From contig CBDCEA010000005.1 in NCBI GenBank assembly GCA_965215635.1, positions 325,491-389,490 of the forward strand: a stretch of DNA of 64,000 nt, given 5' to 3'. How positions within the stretch are numbered: the first letter of the stretch is position 1; each line of letters opens with the position of its first letter. The notes below the pieces were generated by a model that searched no databases, was not told the DNA's origin, and saw nothing but the letters and a program-made list of their open reading frames with translations. The position numbers and the translations under genes were made by a program. Shown piece by piece: positions 50,839-61,641 of this stretch. The DNA is from Alphaproteobacteria bacterium (lineage in GTDB: Bacteria; Pseudomonadota; Alphaproteobacteria; SP197).

Positions 50839-52935
50839 ATGCCTCTTTCGACCCTCTTGACGAATCTTCGGCGCGCACTCTATCCGGAAAGCATCTGTTA
50901 CATCGGCGGTTCCTTTCTCGAGCCCGCCATCAGGGCGACCAGGAGGCTGGGATTCGACGGGGATGTCCGGATCATCAATCCGAACAGGAACGAGATCGCG
51001 GGCGAGCCCTGCCTCGATTCCATCGACGATCTCGATGCCCCGCCCGATGTCGCTTTCCTGGCGGTCAACCGGGAGGCCACCAACGCGCTCATCCCGAAAC
51101 TCGACGCCATGGGTGCAGGCGGTGCCGTCTGCTACGCGGCAGGCTATGCAGAGGTTGGAGGCGAAGGACTGGCGTTTGAAAGCGAACTGAAGGAACGGGC
51201 GGGCGATCTCGCCGTCATCGGACCCAACTGCTACGGATTCAACAATTTTGCCACCGGTGCCCTTGCGATGGCCACACCGACCCTGGGAGAGAGGACGGCA
51301 AGGGGTTGTGCCTTCATCGGACAGAGCGGCAACATCTGCATCAGCATCGCCAACGGGCGGCGCGGAACCCCGCTCACGCACGTCATCTCGTGCGGCAACC
51401 AGGCCGTGCTTGATTTTGCCGATTACATCGAGGTGCTGGTCGACGATCCGGCGGTGACCTCGTTTGCCCTCTTCATGGAAACTCTCCCCGATGTTGCGGG
51501 GTTCAGCCGGGCGGCCGTACGGGCTCTCGAGGCCGGCAAGCCGATCATCGTCCTCAAGGCGGGTGTCTCCAGGATGGGGGCGAACATGGCCATGAGCCAC
51601 ACCGCGTCCCTTGCCGGCGATGACGGATTCTATCAGGCGCTCTTCGACAGGCTGAACATCATCCGCGTGGAAACGCCTGTCGATCTCGTCGAAACGGCAA
51701 AGGTGGTCACGGTGACGGGCATTCCCGAAGGGCGCCGCCTCGCCGTCTTCACGTGTTCGGGCGGTGATTCGGAATGTGTCGCCGATATCGTCGAACCACT
51801 GGGCATGGAATTCCCGGAACTCGACCAACGTCAGCGCGAGGACATCGCCGGGCACATGCAGGTCTTCACCACCATCGCCAATCCCCTCGACTACAACACT
51901 TCCAACTGGGGACGAAGGGACGTTCTGGAGAATATGTTTCCGGTCCTGCTTCGCGAAAGGGTCGATGCCGGACTGCTGGTGGTCGATACGATTTCCGATT
52001 CGGAACTGCCTCCCGGGATGAAGGGCGACGGGGCCGAAGCAGCCATGCTGGCGCTCAGGGACTCGGCGCACCAGCACGATGTTCCCTGTGTCATCACCTC
52101 CTCCCTGCCGGACAACATATCCCTCAAACTCCGCAGGGAGATGCACGACGCCGGCATCGCCATGACGCATGGCATTCGGGCCGGAACGCTTGCCCTTGCG
52201 AGGACCTGCCTCTATGGCGAAGCGCGACAGCGTCTGGCGGCCCGGAAATCTCCGGATGATCTTGCGTTAGCGCCTGTCGCGCCCATCCGCGGCAGCGTGC
52301 GGACCTGCGACGAACAGGAAAGCAAGCAATACCTCGCCAACGCGGGACTCCGGGTGCCGGAAGGCGAGGTCACCACGGCCGCAACCGCATCTGCAGCCGC
52401 CGAACGAATCGGCTTTCCCGTCGCGCTGAAGGTGCTGTCGGCCGATATCGCCCACAAGACCGAAGCCGGGGGCGTTGCCCTCGATCTCCACACTCCCGGA
52501 GACGTGGAACGTGCTGCACACGACATCGGGGCCCGGACAGGCGTCGATCGCCTTCTGGTCGAATCCATGGTGAAGGGCCATGTGGCGGAGATGATCGTCG
52601 GCATCACGCGTGACGACGCGTTCGGACCGGTGCTCGTCATCGGTGCCGGCGGCACGTTCGTCGAACTCTACAGGGATTCGGCGACCCTTTTGCTCCCGGT
52701 CGTCGAGGACGATGTCCGCAGCGCCGTCGACCGCCTCAAGGTCGCACGCCTTCTCGACGGCTACCGGGGGGCACCGCGGGGCGATCGCGAAGCCCTTGTC
52801 GAAGCCGTCATGGCGGTGGCGTCCCTTGCCGAAGTAGAGCGCGACCGGCTTGTGGAACTCGATATCAACCCGCTCCTTGTCATGCCCGAGGGCATGGGCG
52901 TGATCGCGGCCGACGGCCTTCTTAGAATGATCTGA
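50839..52935 (+). CDS. ADP-forming acyl-CoA synthetase (fused CoA-binding/succinyl-CoA-synthetase-like alpha + ATP-grasp beta domains; Acd family)
   Basis: N-terminal CoA-binding Rossmann domain (…VIGPNCYGFNN…), C-terminal ATP-grasp; 698 aa. Confidence 0.85.
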   Translation: MPLSTLLTNLRRALYPESICYIGGSFLEPAIRATRRLGFDGDVRIINPNRNEIAGEPCLDSIDDLDAPPDVAFLAVNREATNALIPKLDAMGAGGAVCYAAGYAEVGGEGLAFESELKERAGDLAVIGPNCYGFNNFATGALAMATPTLGERTARGCAFIGQSGNICISIANGRRGTPLTHVISCGNQAVLDFADYIEVLVDDPAVTSFALFMETLPDVAGFSRAAVRALEAGKPIIVLKAGVSRMGANMAMSHTASLAGDDGFYQALFDRLNIIRVETPVDLVETAKVVTVTGIPEGRRLAVFTCSGGDSECVADIVEPLGMEFPELDQRQREDIAGHMQVFTTIANPLDYNTSNWGRRDVLENMFPVLLRERVDAGLLVVDTISDSELPPGMKGDGAEAAMLALRDSAHQHDVPCVITSSLPDNISLKLRREMHDAGIAMTHGIRAGTLALARTCLYGEARQRLAARKSPDDLALAPVAPIRGSVRTCDEQESKQYLANAGLRVPEGEVTTAATASAAAERIGFPVALKVLSADIAHKTEAGGVALDLHTPGDVERAAHDIGARTGVDRLLVESMVKGHVAEMIVGITRDDAFGPVLVIGAGGTFVELYRDSATLLLPVVEDDVRSAVDRLKVARLLDGYRGAPRGDREALVEAVMAVASLAEVERDRLVELDINPLLVMPEGMGVIAADGLLRMI

Positions 52936-52948
52936 AGGGAAGTTTTTC

Positions 52949-53764
52949 ATGAGTGACGTGGTGCGTGTCGAACGCCGGGGCAAGGTTCTGGAGATCACCA
53001 TCGACAACCCGCCGGCCAACGCCATCAGCCGCAAGGTGACGGCAGGCCTCTCCGAAGCCTTCGTGAGGTTGCGAGACGATCCCGATCTTCTGGTCGGCAT
53101 CGTCACGGGCGCCGGAGAGAAGTTCTTTTCGCCCGGCTGGGACCTCAAGGAGGGCGCTGCGGAATTCGATGCCCTGGAAGCCGGCGAGATCACGCAGGAG
53201 GATCGTGAGCACGTGGTCGAAGGCGGTTTCGCCGGACTCACGGAAATGTGGGATCTCTACAAGCCCGTCATCGCCGCCATCAACGGTTACGCGGTCGGCG
53301 GCGGCTGGGAAATCGCACTCGCCAGCGACATCCAGTACGCGGTACCCCATGCCACCTTCTTCATTCCCGACGTTCACATGGGATTCATCGCCGATGCCGG
53401 TGCTCTTCAGATCCTGCCGCGGCGCCTGCCCCACTCGATCGCCATGGAAATCCTCCTGACTGGCCGGCGCATGGGCGCCGAGGAGGCCCTGAAATGGGGG
53501 CTCGTCAACGAGATCGTGGAACCCGACCGGCTGATGGCGCGCGCCCGCGAAATCGCGGACCATCTCGCCGAGGGCGGACCGCTGGCGCTTCAGGCCACCA
53601 AAGAGGCCGTCCGCCACACGATGCACATGTCGATACCTGACTGCTTCAGGGCGCTGCGTCCTGGTGGACTTCCCGTCTACACGCGTATGCTCTCCAGCGA
53701 GGATGCCAGGGAAGGCCCCCGTGCCTTCGCGGAGAAGCGCAAACCCCGGTTCAAGGGCCGATAG
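52949..53764 (+). CDS. enoyl-CoA hydratase/isomerase (crotonase) family protein
   Basis: …TGAGEKFFSPGWDLKE… oxyanion-hole region, …INGYAVGGGWEIALASD…. Confidence 0.85.
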   Translation: MSDVVRVERRGKVLEITIDNPPANAISRKVTAGLSEAFVRLRDDPDLLVGIVTGAGEKFFSPGWDLKEGAAEFDALEAGEITQEDREHVVEGGFAGLTEMWDLYKPVIAAINGYAVGGGWEIALASDIQYAVPHATFFIPDVHMGFIADAGALQILPRRLPHSIAMEILLTGRRMGAEEALKWGLVNEIVEPDRLMARAREIADHLAEGGPLALQATKEAVRHTMHMSIPDCFRALRPGGLPVYTRMLSSEDAREGPRAFAEKRKPRFKGR

Positions 53765-53936
53765 GCAATTCCCCCTGTTTTTGGCTGTCTCCCGTTCATT
53801 GCCGGATCCAGCCGCCATGACGCGAACCATACCAGGAAATTGACAACGGCTGGGAACACCAGGAATGCAACCGGGCCGATCAGTCCTGCTGGCACTCAGC
53901 CCACAATGAGGGAACCGGACAGAACAGCGTCGATCG

Positions 53937-54710
53937 TCAGCCGCTACGCACGAAGGTTTCGCGGCCTCCGCTGACGTTGAGAATGGCGCCTGTGACATAG
54001 GCCGCCTCTTGGGAGCACATCCACAGGACGGCGCCTGCGATGTCGTTGACCTCGCCGATCCGGCCGATCGGAACCGCGCGCCTGCCGAGTTCCGTGACCT
54101 CGTCCTGGCCCATGCCGTCGTCCCAGATTTCTGTCTTGATGAGACCGGGGCGGATGCAGCAGACACGGATGCCCTCGCCCGCCACTTCCTTGGCAAGACC
54201 CAGCGTGAAGGAATCAAGACCGCCTTTGGTGCCGGCATAAACGACGTCGCCGGGCAGCCCGCCGTAGACGCCGGAGATCGACGAGATGTTGATGATGACA
54301 CCTCCGGTGCCACCTCGCGCTGTCGACATGCGGCGGATCGCCTGGCGGCTGGTGAGCGCCGGACCGAGCAAGTTGGTATCGATGATCCGCCGGACCGTGT
54401 CGACCTCGTGGTCGGCCACCGGCACCTCGATGGAAATGCCCGCATTGTTGACCAGCACGGCCGGTGATCCGAGCAGGCGGTCCGTCTCCGCGAAGAGGAA
54501 TTCGATGTCTTCCGGCTTCGAAACATCGGCCCTGATGGCCGCGGCGCGCCTGCCATGCGAACGGATCGCTTCAGCGACCGCTTCGGCACGGTCGGCCGAC
54601 GCCGAATAGTTCACCGCGACGTCATAGCCCCTCTTTGAGGCGAGCAGGGCGATCCCGGCTCCGATGCCCCGGCTCCCGCCGGTGACGATCATGATCGGTG
54701 CAGCTGGCAT
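53937..54710 (-). CDS. SDR-family oxidoreductase
   Basis: Start MPAAPIMIVTGGSRGIG at 54710 after GAGGCAG; YxxxK (YAGTK). Confidence 0.8.
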   Translation of the reverse strand: MPAAPIMIVTGGSRGIGAGIALLASKRGYDVAVNYSASADRAEAVAEAIRSHGRRAAAIRADVSKPEDIEFLFAETDRLLGSPAVLVNNAGISIEVPVADHEVDTVRRIIDTNLLGPALTSRQAIRRMSTARGGTGGVIINISSISGVYGGLPGDVVYAGTKGGLDSFTLGLAKEVAGEGIRVCCIRPGLIKTEIWDDGMGQDEVTELGRRAVPIGRIGEVNDIAGAVLWMCSQEAAYVTGAILNVSGGRETFVRSG

Positions 54711-54720
54711 GGGAACTGCC

Positions 54721-55632
54721 TCAGGCGGCTTTGCGGCGCAGCGACTGCGCCATGCAGTGAACACCGCCGCCACCGCGCGTGTAGCAGTCGACATCGGGAT
54801 CGTAGACGGTGAATCCAAGAGCCTTCAGACGCGCCACGAGATCCTTCGCACGGGCCGGTGCGATGACCCGATCATTACCCAGCGACACGACATTGCAGGC
54901 AAGTGCCATCGTGTCCTGGTAGTTCACCGGAACGATCTCGATCTTCCTTGCCTTCAGCCAGTCGATGGTCTCCGGATCGGTCGTATCGAGACAGACCGCG
55001 CACAGCTTCTCGGCCAGCATGCAGACCATCAGGTCGATATGGACGTAGTGCTCGGCGATCGGTGTGACGCGGACCTCCCAGCCTTCCTTTTCGAACCAGC
55101 GCCGCACCTGGTGCGCCGACTGTTCCTGGGTGCGTTCGCCGCACCAGCCGATGAGGACACAACCCGGTTCGATGATGTCGAAATCACCGCCTTCGAAGGA
55201 TCCGGCGGTCACCATGTCGAAGATCGGGATGCCCTTCTCCATGTAGAACCGGATCACCGGTCCGTACTCGCCACGGCGCCACCACTGGGCCATCTGTGTG
55301 ACGACCGCACCGTAGGGTGTCATGAAAGACGAATCCCGCGCGAACACCTGATAGGGGAGTTCCTCGTCGGCCTCCAGCCAGTGAACCGTCACACCGGCCT
55401 CCTCGTAGGCATCGACCATCTCGCGGTGCTGCTTCATGGCAAGCTGGTGATCAAAGTGGTCGCCGCGCTTGAGAGTGGCCCTCGAGATCGAACTCGTGGG
55501 CAGCCAGCGGAAATTGTCGGCGGGCCCCAGCAGCACATCTGTCAGGACCCCGTATTCGGAGTTGCATCCCCAGTCTTTCAGAACCGGCGTGTTGCCGTTC
55601 TCGTCGCGGCAGCGAAGCGAATTTGCGGCCAT
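54721..55632 (-). CDS. amidinotransferase/DDAH-superfamily hydrolase (dimethylarginine dimethylaminohydrolase-like)
   Basis: Start MAANSLRC at 55632 after GGGAAG; C-terminal catalytic …GGGGVHCM… cysteine motif typical of the guanidino-group modifying enzyme superfamily. Confidence 0.7.
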   Translation of the reverse strand: MAANSLRCRDENGNTPVLKDWGCNSEYGVLTDVLLGPADNFRWLPTSSISRATLKRGDHFDHQLAMKQHREMVDAYEEAGVTVHWLEADEELPYQVFARDSSFMTPYGAVVTQMAQWWRRGEYGPVIRFYMEKGIPIFDMVTAGSFEGGDFDIIEPGCVLIGWCGERTQEQSAHQVRRWFEKEGWEVRVTPIAEHYVHIDLMVCMLAEKLCAVCLDTTDPETIDWLKARKIEIVPVNYQDTMALACNVVSLGNDRVIAPARAKDLVARLKALGFTVYDPDVDCYTRGGGGVHCMAQSLRRKAA

Positions 55633-55735
55633 GGCGGCATCTTCCCGTTCACGAAAGAGTTGCGGGACGGCCCCTCGCCTTCCCGCAGGCGGGACGCTAC
55701 CATCCGCATTTCGCACACTTCAAGGAGTTCCTTAA

Positions 55736-57358
55736 ATGGCGGGTGGCAACCTCACGCGGGGACAGGCGCTGATGCAGCTCGTGAAGGCCTACGGCATCGA
55801 CACGGTGTTCGGCATGCCGGGCGTTCACACCCTGGAGTACTACCGAGGCATTGCCGATGCCGGCATGCGCCATGTCCTGTTCCGTCACGAACAGGGCGGC
55901 GGTTTCATGGCCGACGGCCATGCCCGGATTTCGGGCAAGCCCGCGGTGTGCTGTGTCATCACGGGCCCCGGGGTAACCAATATCGCAACAGCCGTCGGCA
56001 ATGCCTACGCCGACAGTCAGCCCATGCTGGTGATCGCCAGCACCAACGGTTCTGCCGATCTCGGCGCCGGACGCGGCCGCCTCCACGAAATCACCGATCA
56101 ACTGGCGACGATCCGGCCGCTGACCGCATTCGCCCAGACCATCTTGGACGGCCGCCAGATTCCCGGCGCCATCAACCGTGCCTTCGCCACCTTTTCGGCC
56201 GGAAGACCCCGGCCCTGCTATATCGAGCTTCCCATCGACAGGATCGCCGAGACCGCAGAATTCGCGGTCAGGACCTCGCCGGTCGCCGGCCCGATGCGTC
56301 CCGATGAATCCTCCGTCGAGAAAGCTGCCGCGGTGGCCGCGCGCGCGGAACAGCCGGTCATCATCGCAGGAGGCGGTGCGCTCGATCATGGCGAAGCGTT
56401 GCGGAGGCTCGCCGAAAAACTGGGTGCTGCAGTGATCCTCACCATCGCCGGCAAGGGCGCGATCGCGGAAGATCATCCGCTCAACTGCGGGGCCTGCCTG
56501 CTCTCGCCCGTCACCCACGAATTCGTCGAGAATGCCGATCTCGTCATTGCGGTCGGTACGGAACTTTCCGAAACCGACATCTGGAAGGAGTCGGACTTCC
56601 TGGAACTCACGGGCAGGCTCATCCGCATCGATGTCGATCCGGGCAATCTCTCGAGGGACTACGTGCCTGACGCAGCGCTCCTGGGCGATGCGGGACTTGC
56701 CATGGTGATGCTGACCGAGGCCCTCCCCGATGGCGGGCCGAAACCCGGCTTCGCCGGTTCCGGCACGGTTGCGAAACTGCGCCGCCGGCTGAAGGAAAGC
56801 CTTCTCGAGCGCCCGCGCGCCGCGAAGTTCACATCCGTGCTCGATGCACTGCGCAAGGCCATTCCCGAAGACGGCTGGCTTGTAACCGACGCAACCCAGA
56901 TCGCCTATTTTGCCAACGAGTACTGGCCGACCTCGCACCCACGCAGCTACACCCATCCCAACGGGTACTGCACCCTGGGCTCGGCCATGCCTTCGGCCAT
57001 CGGCGCGAAGCTCGGTTCACCGGCGAGGAACGGTGTCGCACTGGCGGGCGATGCCGGGTTCCTCTTCAGCGCGACGGAACTGGCGACCGCCGTCGACGAG
57101 GGCGTGAGCCTTCCCGTTGTCATCTGGAACAACGACGGCCTGGGCCAGATACGCGACGACATGCTGGAAGACGACATCACGCCGACCGGTGTCACGCCCG
57201 GACGCAACCCCGATTTCATGGCGCTGGCAAGGGCTTTCGGGGCTCACGCGGTCAGGCCGGAATCCCTCGAAGGCCTGACGGGTGCAATCCGCGAAGCGTT
57301 CGATGCCGGCGGCCCGACCCTCATCGAGGTCCGCGAGGACGCGGAATTCGTCGGCTGA
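55736..57358 (+). CDS. thiamine-pyrophosphate-dependent enzyme (acetolactate synthase / benzoylformate decarboxylase-like)
   Basis: N-terminal Pyr domain …GIDTVFGMPGVHTLE…, C-terminal PP domain …GDAGFLFS…NNDGLG…. Confidence 0.85.
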   Translation: MAGGNLTRGQALMQLVKAYGIDTVFGMPGVHTLEYYRGIADAGMRHVLFRHEQGGGFMADGHARISGKPAVCCVITGPGVTNIATAVGNAYADSQPMLVIASTNGSADLGAGRGRLHEITDQLATIRPLTAFAQTILDGRQIPGAINRAFATFSAGRPRPCYIELPIDRIAETAEFAVRTSPVAGPMRPDESSVEKAAAVAARAEQPVIIAGGGALDHGEALRRLAEKLGAAVILTIAGKGAIAEDHPLNCGACLLSPVTHEFVENADLVIAVGTELSETDIWKESDFLELTGRLIRIDVDPGNLSRDYVPDAALLGDAGLAMVMLTEALPDGGPKPGFAGSGTVAKLRRRLKESLLERPRAAKFTSVLDALRKAIPEDGWLVTDATQIAYFANEYWPTSHPRSYTHPNGYCTLGSAMPSAIGAKLGSPARNGVALAGDAGFLFSATELATAVDEGVSLPVVIWNNDGLGQIRDDMLEDDITPTGVTPGRNPDFMALARAFGAHAVRPESLEGLTGAIREAFDAGGPTLIEVREDAEFVG

Positions 57359-57361
57359 CGA

Positions 57362-58120
57362 TCAGGTCGCGTAGTCGGGGTCCGTCCTGTCGAGTGACCG
57401 TCGCACGGCTTGCCATGTCGAGTCGGCAACCATGAATTCGGGATCTTCGGCCATAGCCGCGGTCCGTGCCACGGTCTTTCCATCGGGCACGATGATCTCC
57501 TGGCCGGATGCCAGGACATCCACCTGTACCTTGCAGGCGACCTCCAGATTGTAGAGCAGCGAGAAGGCAGTACCCGGAGTCGGACCGCAGGTGAGCAGAC
57601 CATGGTTCTCGAGAATGAGGACATTGTTGCCCGCAAGATCTGCCACCAGCCTGTCGCACTCTTCCTGTCCGGCGGTCTGGATATCCCAGGGGTGATACGA
57701 CACGCGTTCGTGGAAGAACATGGCCTGCTGGGAGATGGGCAGGAGGCCGCACTTCATGCAGGAGACCGCCATGCCCGCCCGGGTGTGGGAATGGAGCACC
57801 CAGTTGACGTCGGAACGCTCCTTGAGGATGGCATGATGGATGGCATGGCCCGCCTCGTTCACCGGCCAGTCGCCGCTGACGAGATTGCCGTCGTAATCGA
57901 CAACGATCAGGCTCGACGCGGTGATTTCCTCGAACATCAGCCCGAAAGGATTGATGAGATAGCGGCCAGGCTCATCGGGATGGCGGGCGGATATGTGCGT
58001 GTAGATGAGGTCGGTCCAGCCGTAGCGGACGAACGCGCGGTAGAGTGCCGCGAGATCGCAGCGGATATCCCATTCCTGAGGGCTGACTTCGGCGGGGTGA
58101 AGCCGGGAAACGACTGCCAT
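57362..58120 (-). CDS. class II aldolase/adducin-family protein
   Basis: Start MAVVSRLHP at 58120 after GAGGAGAA; paralog of 14006-14758 (shared …THISAR…HSHT…ENHGLLTCG… blocks). Confidence 0.85.
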   Translation of the reverse strand: MAVVSRLHPAEVSPQEWDIRCDLAALYRAFVRYGWTDLIYTHISARHPDEPGRYLINPFGLMFEEITASSLIVVDYDGNLVSGDWPVNEAGHAIHHAILKERSDVNWVLHSHTRAGMAVSCMKCGLLPISQQAMFFHERVSYHPWDIQTAGQEECDRLVADLAGNNVLILENHGLLTCGPTPGTAFSLLYNLEVACKVQVDVLASGQEIIVPDGKTVARTAAMAEDPEFMVADSTWQAVRRSLDRTDPDYAT

Positions 58121-58339
58121 GGGGTATTCTCCTCGATGTCCTGAGCACCGGAAGCCGAAGGCTACGACGGGACGGCGCAACTTTCCACAATGCGTTCTTC
58201 ACCCATCGGGCTTGCGGGAGCAGCGTTTGCGAGCCCCGAAATCATTGTCGACCTCTTCGAATCGGTCGCCGGGACATTGCGATGCCGACCGGGAAAGGGT
58301 TTCATGGCTCAACCGAAACCGGCAGCCGGAGGACATGCC

Positions 58340-60400
58340 ATGGCCCGCGACCCGCGTTACGACATCCTGTTCGAACCCGTCAGAATCGGGCCTGTGACGG
58401 CGCGCAACCGCTTCTACCAGGTGCCCCACTGCAACGGCATGGGGCGCACGCATCCCACGGCCATGGCGGTGATGCGCGGCATCAAGGCTGAAGGCGGTTG
58501 GGCGGTGGTCTGCACCGAACAGTGCGACATCCACGTCACCACCGACGTGGAACGGGAAGTCCGGCTGTGGGACGATCGCGACATCCCCTATCTGGCGCGC
58601 ATGGCCGACCAGGTTCACCGGCACGGTGCCCTGGCCGGACTCGAACTCACCCACATGGGGTACTACACCGCCAACTATATGGGGCGTGAAATCCCCATGG
58701 CGCCGTCGGCAAGGCCGGTTCACGGCATCGATCCGTTCCACGCCCGGACCATGGACCGGACCGATATCGCCAACTACCGGCGCTGGCATCGCAATGCGGC
58801 CCTGAGAGCAAAAAAGGCCGGTTTCGACATCGTCTATGTCTACGCTGGACACAGCCTGTCACTGTGCATGCATTTCCTTTCGCCGCGCCACAACCGCCGC
58901 ACCGACGAATACGGCGGCTCCATCGAGAACCGGGTACGACTCCTGCGCGAGGTCATCGAGGACACGAAGGACGCGGTGGGCGACACATGCGGCGTGGCGG
59001 TGCGCCTTGCGGTCAACGAGCTCCTCGGGCCGAAGGGCATAACGCCCGAGGAGGAAGGCCGTGCGGTGATCGAGATGCTGGGCGAGTTGCCTGACCTGTG
59101 GGATGTCAATGTCAGCGAATGGGAGAACGACAGCGAAACCTCGCGGTTCAAGGAGGAGGGTTTCCAGGAGGAGCACATCTCGTTCGTCAAGTCGCTGACC
59201 TCGAAGCCGGTCGTCGGCGTCGGCCGCTACACCAGTCCGGACCGCATGGCCTCGCTCGTGAAGAACGGCATTCTCGACATGATCGGTGCCGCCCGGCCCT
59301 CGATCGCCGATCCCTTCCTGCCGAAGAAGATCGAGGAAGGCAGGCCCGAGGACATCCGCGAATGCATCGGATGCAACATGTGCGTCGGCACGGCGAACCA
59401 GCCGAGCTATCTGCGGTGCACGCAGAACCCGACCCAGGGCGAGGAGTGGCGCCGGGGATGGCATCCCGAAGTCGTACCGCCGAAGGAGTCGGACGAACGC
59501 ATTCTCGTCGTCGGCGCGGGTCCGGCCGGCCTCGAGGCGGCAAGGGCGCTGGGCCAGCGCGGTTACGAGGTCATGCTCGCCGAAGCGGGTCAGGAGCCGG
59601 GAGGGCGTGTCGCGCGCGAATGCCGGCTGCCGGGACTTGCCGCCTGGGGCCGTGTACGCGACTGGCGCATGACCCAGCTTCACAAGCTTCCCAATGTGGA
59701 GATCTTCATGGATTCGGCGATGACCGCCGAAAGCGTGCGAGAGACAGGAGCCAATCTCGTCGCCGTCGCGACGGGGGCGAAGTGGCGGCGTGACGGCAGT
59801 GGACGCTATCACGATTTTCCGCTCGAGACCGCCGCCGGAAGCATCTTCACGCCCGACGACATCATGGCGGGAGCCCGGCTCGAGAGTCCCGTCGTGGTAT
59901 TCGACGACGACCATTACTACATGGGTGGCGTGATCGCAGAAAAACTGGTGCGCGACGGCCATGACGTCGGCATCGTGACTCCCGCGGACGCCGTTTCCTC
60001 ATGGACCGGATTCACACTCGAACACGAACGCATCCAGGCCCGCATGCGCGAACTCGGCATCGCGCGCCATCTTGCCTTCGCGGTGAAGGGAATCGAGGCG
60101 GAACGTATCGAGATCGAGGATGTCTACACGGGCAAGAGCGAATGGATTCCCTGCCGGAGCCTCGTCATGGTAACGGCCCAGGATCCTGTCGACGAGCTCT
60201 ATCACGAGCTCATGGCCGATGAGCAAGCCAACCGGGAGGCGGGTATCCGCCGCGTGTCGCGAATCGGCGACTGCTACGGCCCGGGGCCGATTGTAGCCGC
60301 CGTCTTCGGCGGCTACCGCTATGCGCGCGAACTCGGCGAGGCCATCGGCGACGGCGTCCCCTGGAAGCTCGAGATCACCGAACTCGCTGTGGAAGTCTGA
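58340..60400 (+). CDS. trimethylamine/dimethylamine/histamine dehydrogenase-family flavoprotein (OYE-like FMN barrel + 4Fe-4S + ADP-binding domains)
   Basis: Start MARDPRYDILFEPVRIGPVTARNRFYQVPHCNGMG after GGAGGA, closely matching the TMADH N-terminus; 4Fe-4S cysteine cluster CIGCNMCVG…C; C-terminal GAGPAG dinucleotide fold. Confidence 0.85.
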   Translation: MARDPRYDILFEPVRIGPVTARNRFYQVPHCNGMGRTHPTAMAVMRGIKAEGGWAVVCTEQCDIHVTTDVEREVRLWDDRDIPYLARMADQVHRHGALAGLELTHMGYYTANYMGREIPMAPSARPVHGIDPFHARTMDRTDIANYRRWHRNAALRAKKAGFDIVYVYAGHSLSLCMHFLSPRHNRRTDEYGGSIENRVRLLREVIEDTKDAVGDTCGVAVRLAVNELLGPKGITPEEEGRAVIEMLGELPDLWDVNVSEWENDSETSRFKEEGFQEEHISFVKSLTSKPVVGVGRYTSPDRMASLVKNGILDMIGAARPSIADPFLPKKIEEGRPEDIRECIGCNMCVGTANQPSYLRCTQNPTQGEEWRRGWHPEVVPPKESDERILVVGAGPAGLEAARALGQRGYEVMLAEAGQEPGGRVARECRLPGLAAWGRVRDWRMTQLHKLPNVEIFMDSAMTAESVRETGANLVAVATGAKWRRDGSGRYHDFPLETAAGSIFTPDDIMAGARLESPVVVFDDDHYYMGGVIAEKLVRDGHDVGIVTPADAVSSWTGFTLEHERIQARMRELGIARHLAFAVKGIEAERIEIEDVYTGKSEWIPCRSLVMVTAQDPVDELYHELMADEQANREAGIRRVSRIGDCYGPGPIVAAVFGGYRYARELGEAIGDGVPWKLEITELAVEV

Positions 60401-60482
60401 ACGAAAAGACAGTCTGCGGGAGGCTATGCATGCCCGGAAATCTGGTTCAGGATATCGAATGAGGTAACCGGAGGATCTCGTC

Positions 60483-61589
60483 ATGTCCACATTCAGCAAA
60501 GTATCCCGCGGCTGGCATCTCGACCGTCGGCGTTTCGCTTCCCTTGCCGCGTCTGCAGGTGTTGCCAGTTTCATGATTCCCGTGGCCTTCAGACCGGCAC
60601 AGGCTGCAGGCAGTGATCTCAAGGTCTTCGAATGGGCAGGATACGATCTCCCCGAGTTTCACGAAGACTACATCACCCAACACGGCGGCTCTCCCGAATT
60701 CAGCATGTTCGGCGAACTCGAGGAGGCCCTGCAGAAACTGCGCGGCGGCTTCGTGGCCGATGTCACCCATCCCTGCACGAGCAGCATCGGACGCTGGGCC
60801 GATGCCGGGATCATTCAGTCCGTGGACACGGACCGGCTCGTCCACTGGAACGACATCTTCCCGAGCATGCGCGAGATCAGGGCGATCCACTACAACGACA
60901 CCATCATCGGCGTGCCGGCGGACTGGGGGAACTCGTCGATTCTCTACCGCTCCGATCTGGTGGAACCCATGGAGAACTCGTACAACCTGTTCCTTGACGA
61001 GCGCTACGCGGGGAAGATGGCATTCTTCGATTCGGCCGACGCCTTCGCCCAGGTCTGCGGACTTATCCTGGGCGTCCATCCCTTCACGATGGATGAAAAG
61101 GAGATCGCCGAGGCCGCCAACATCATGCGGCGCATCCACGCCAATCTGCGGTTCTACTGGACCGATCCCACCCAGATCGAGCAGGCGCTTGCTGCCGGCG
61201 AGATCGTGCTTGCGTATTCCTGGAATGGTTCCGCAAAGAACCTCAAGTCCCAGGGTCTGGAAGTCACGTTCATGGACCCGCGGGAAGGAATTCTCACCTG
61301 GGTGTGCGCGCTGGCTCTGGGCAACGGCGATCCCGGCAGTCTCGATCTTGCCTACGACTTCCTCGATGCCTGGACCTCGCCGGAGGCCGGCAAGAACCTG
61401 ATCGAGATGTACGGTTACGGGCATTCCAACATGAAGGCGTTCCCGCTGGTTGCCAATGAAGTCCTGGATTCCCTGGGAATTTCGGATCCGGATGCCATGA
61501 TGGCCAAGGGTACCTTCATCGAGGAGATGTCGCCTGATACGCGTGAAGCGGTCATCCGGACGTTCGACGACGTGAAAGCCGGCATCTGA
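60483..61589 (+). CDS. ABC transporter periplasmic substrate-binding protein, family 1 (polyamine PotD/PotF-like), Tat-type signal
   Basis: RRRFASLAASAG twin-arginine leader; family-typical fold-length and aromatic-rich binding region. Confidence 0.8.
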   Translation: MSTFSKVSRGWHLDRRRFASLAASAGVASFMIPVAFRPAQAAGSDLKVFEWAGYDLPEFHEDYITQHGGSPEFSMFGELEEALQKLRGGFVADVTHPCTSSIGRWADAGIIQSVDTDRLVHWNDIFPSMREIRAIHYNDTIIGVPADWGNSSILYRSDLVEPMENSYNLFLDERYAGKMAFFDSADAFAQVCGLILGVHPFTMDEKEIAEAANIMRRIHANLRFYWTDPTQIEQALAAGEIVLAYSWNGSAKNLKSQGLEVTFMDPREGILTWVCALALGNGDPGSLDLAYDFLDAWTSPEAGKNLIEMYGYGHSNMKAFPLVANEVLDSLGISDPDAMMAKGTFIEEMSPDTREAVIRTFDDVKAGI

Positions 61590-61641
61590 CGGTAATGGAT
61601 GAGGGCCCCGACGTCGGCATGATCGGGGCCCTCCACTTTCC

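Noticed and set aside
50329-52170. 613-aa minus-strand ORF
   Set aside because: Antisense to the ADP-forming acyl-CoA synthetase gene.
55697-56956. 419-aa minus-strand ORF
   Set aside because: Antisense to the TPP-enzyme gene 55736-57358.
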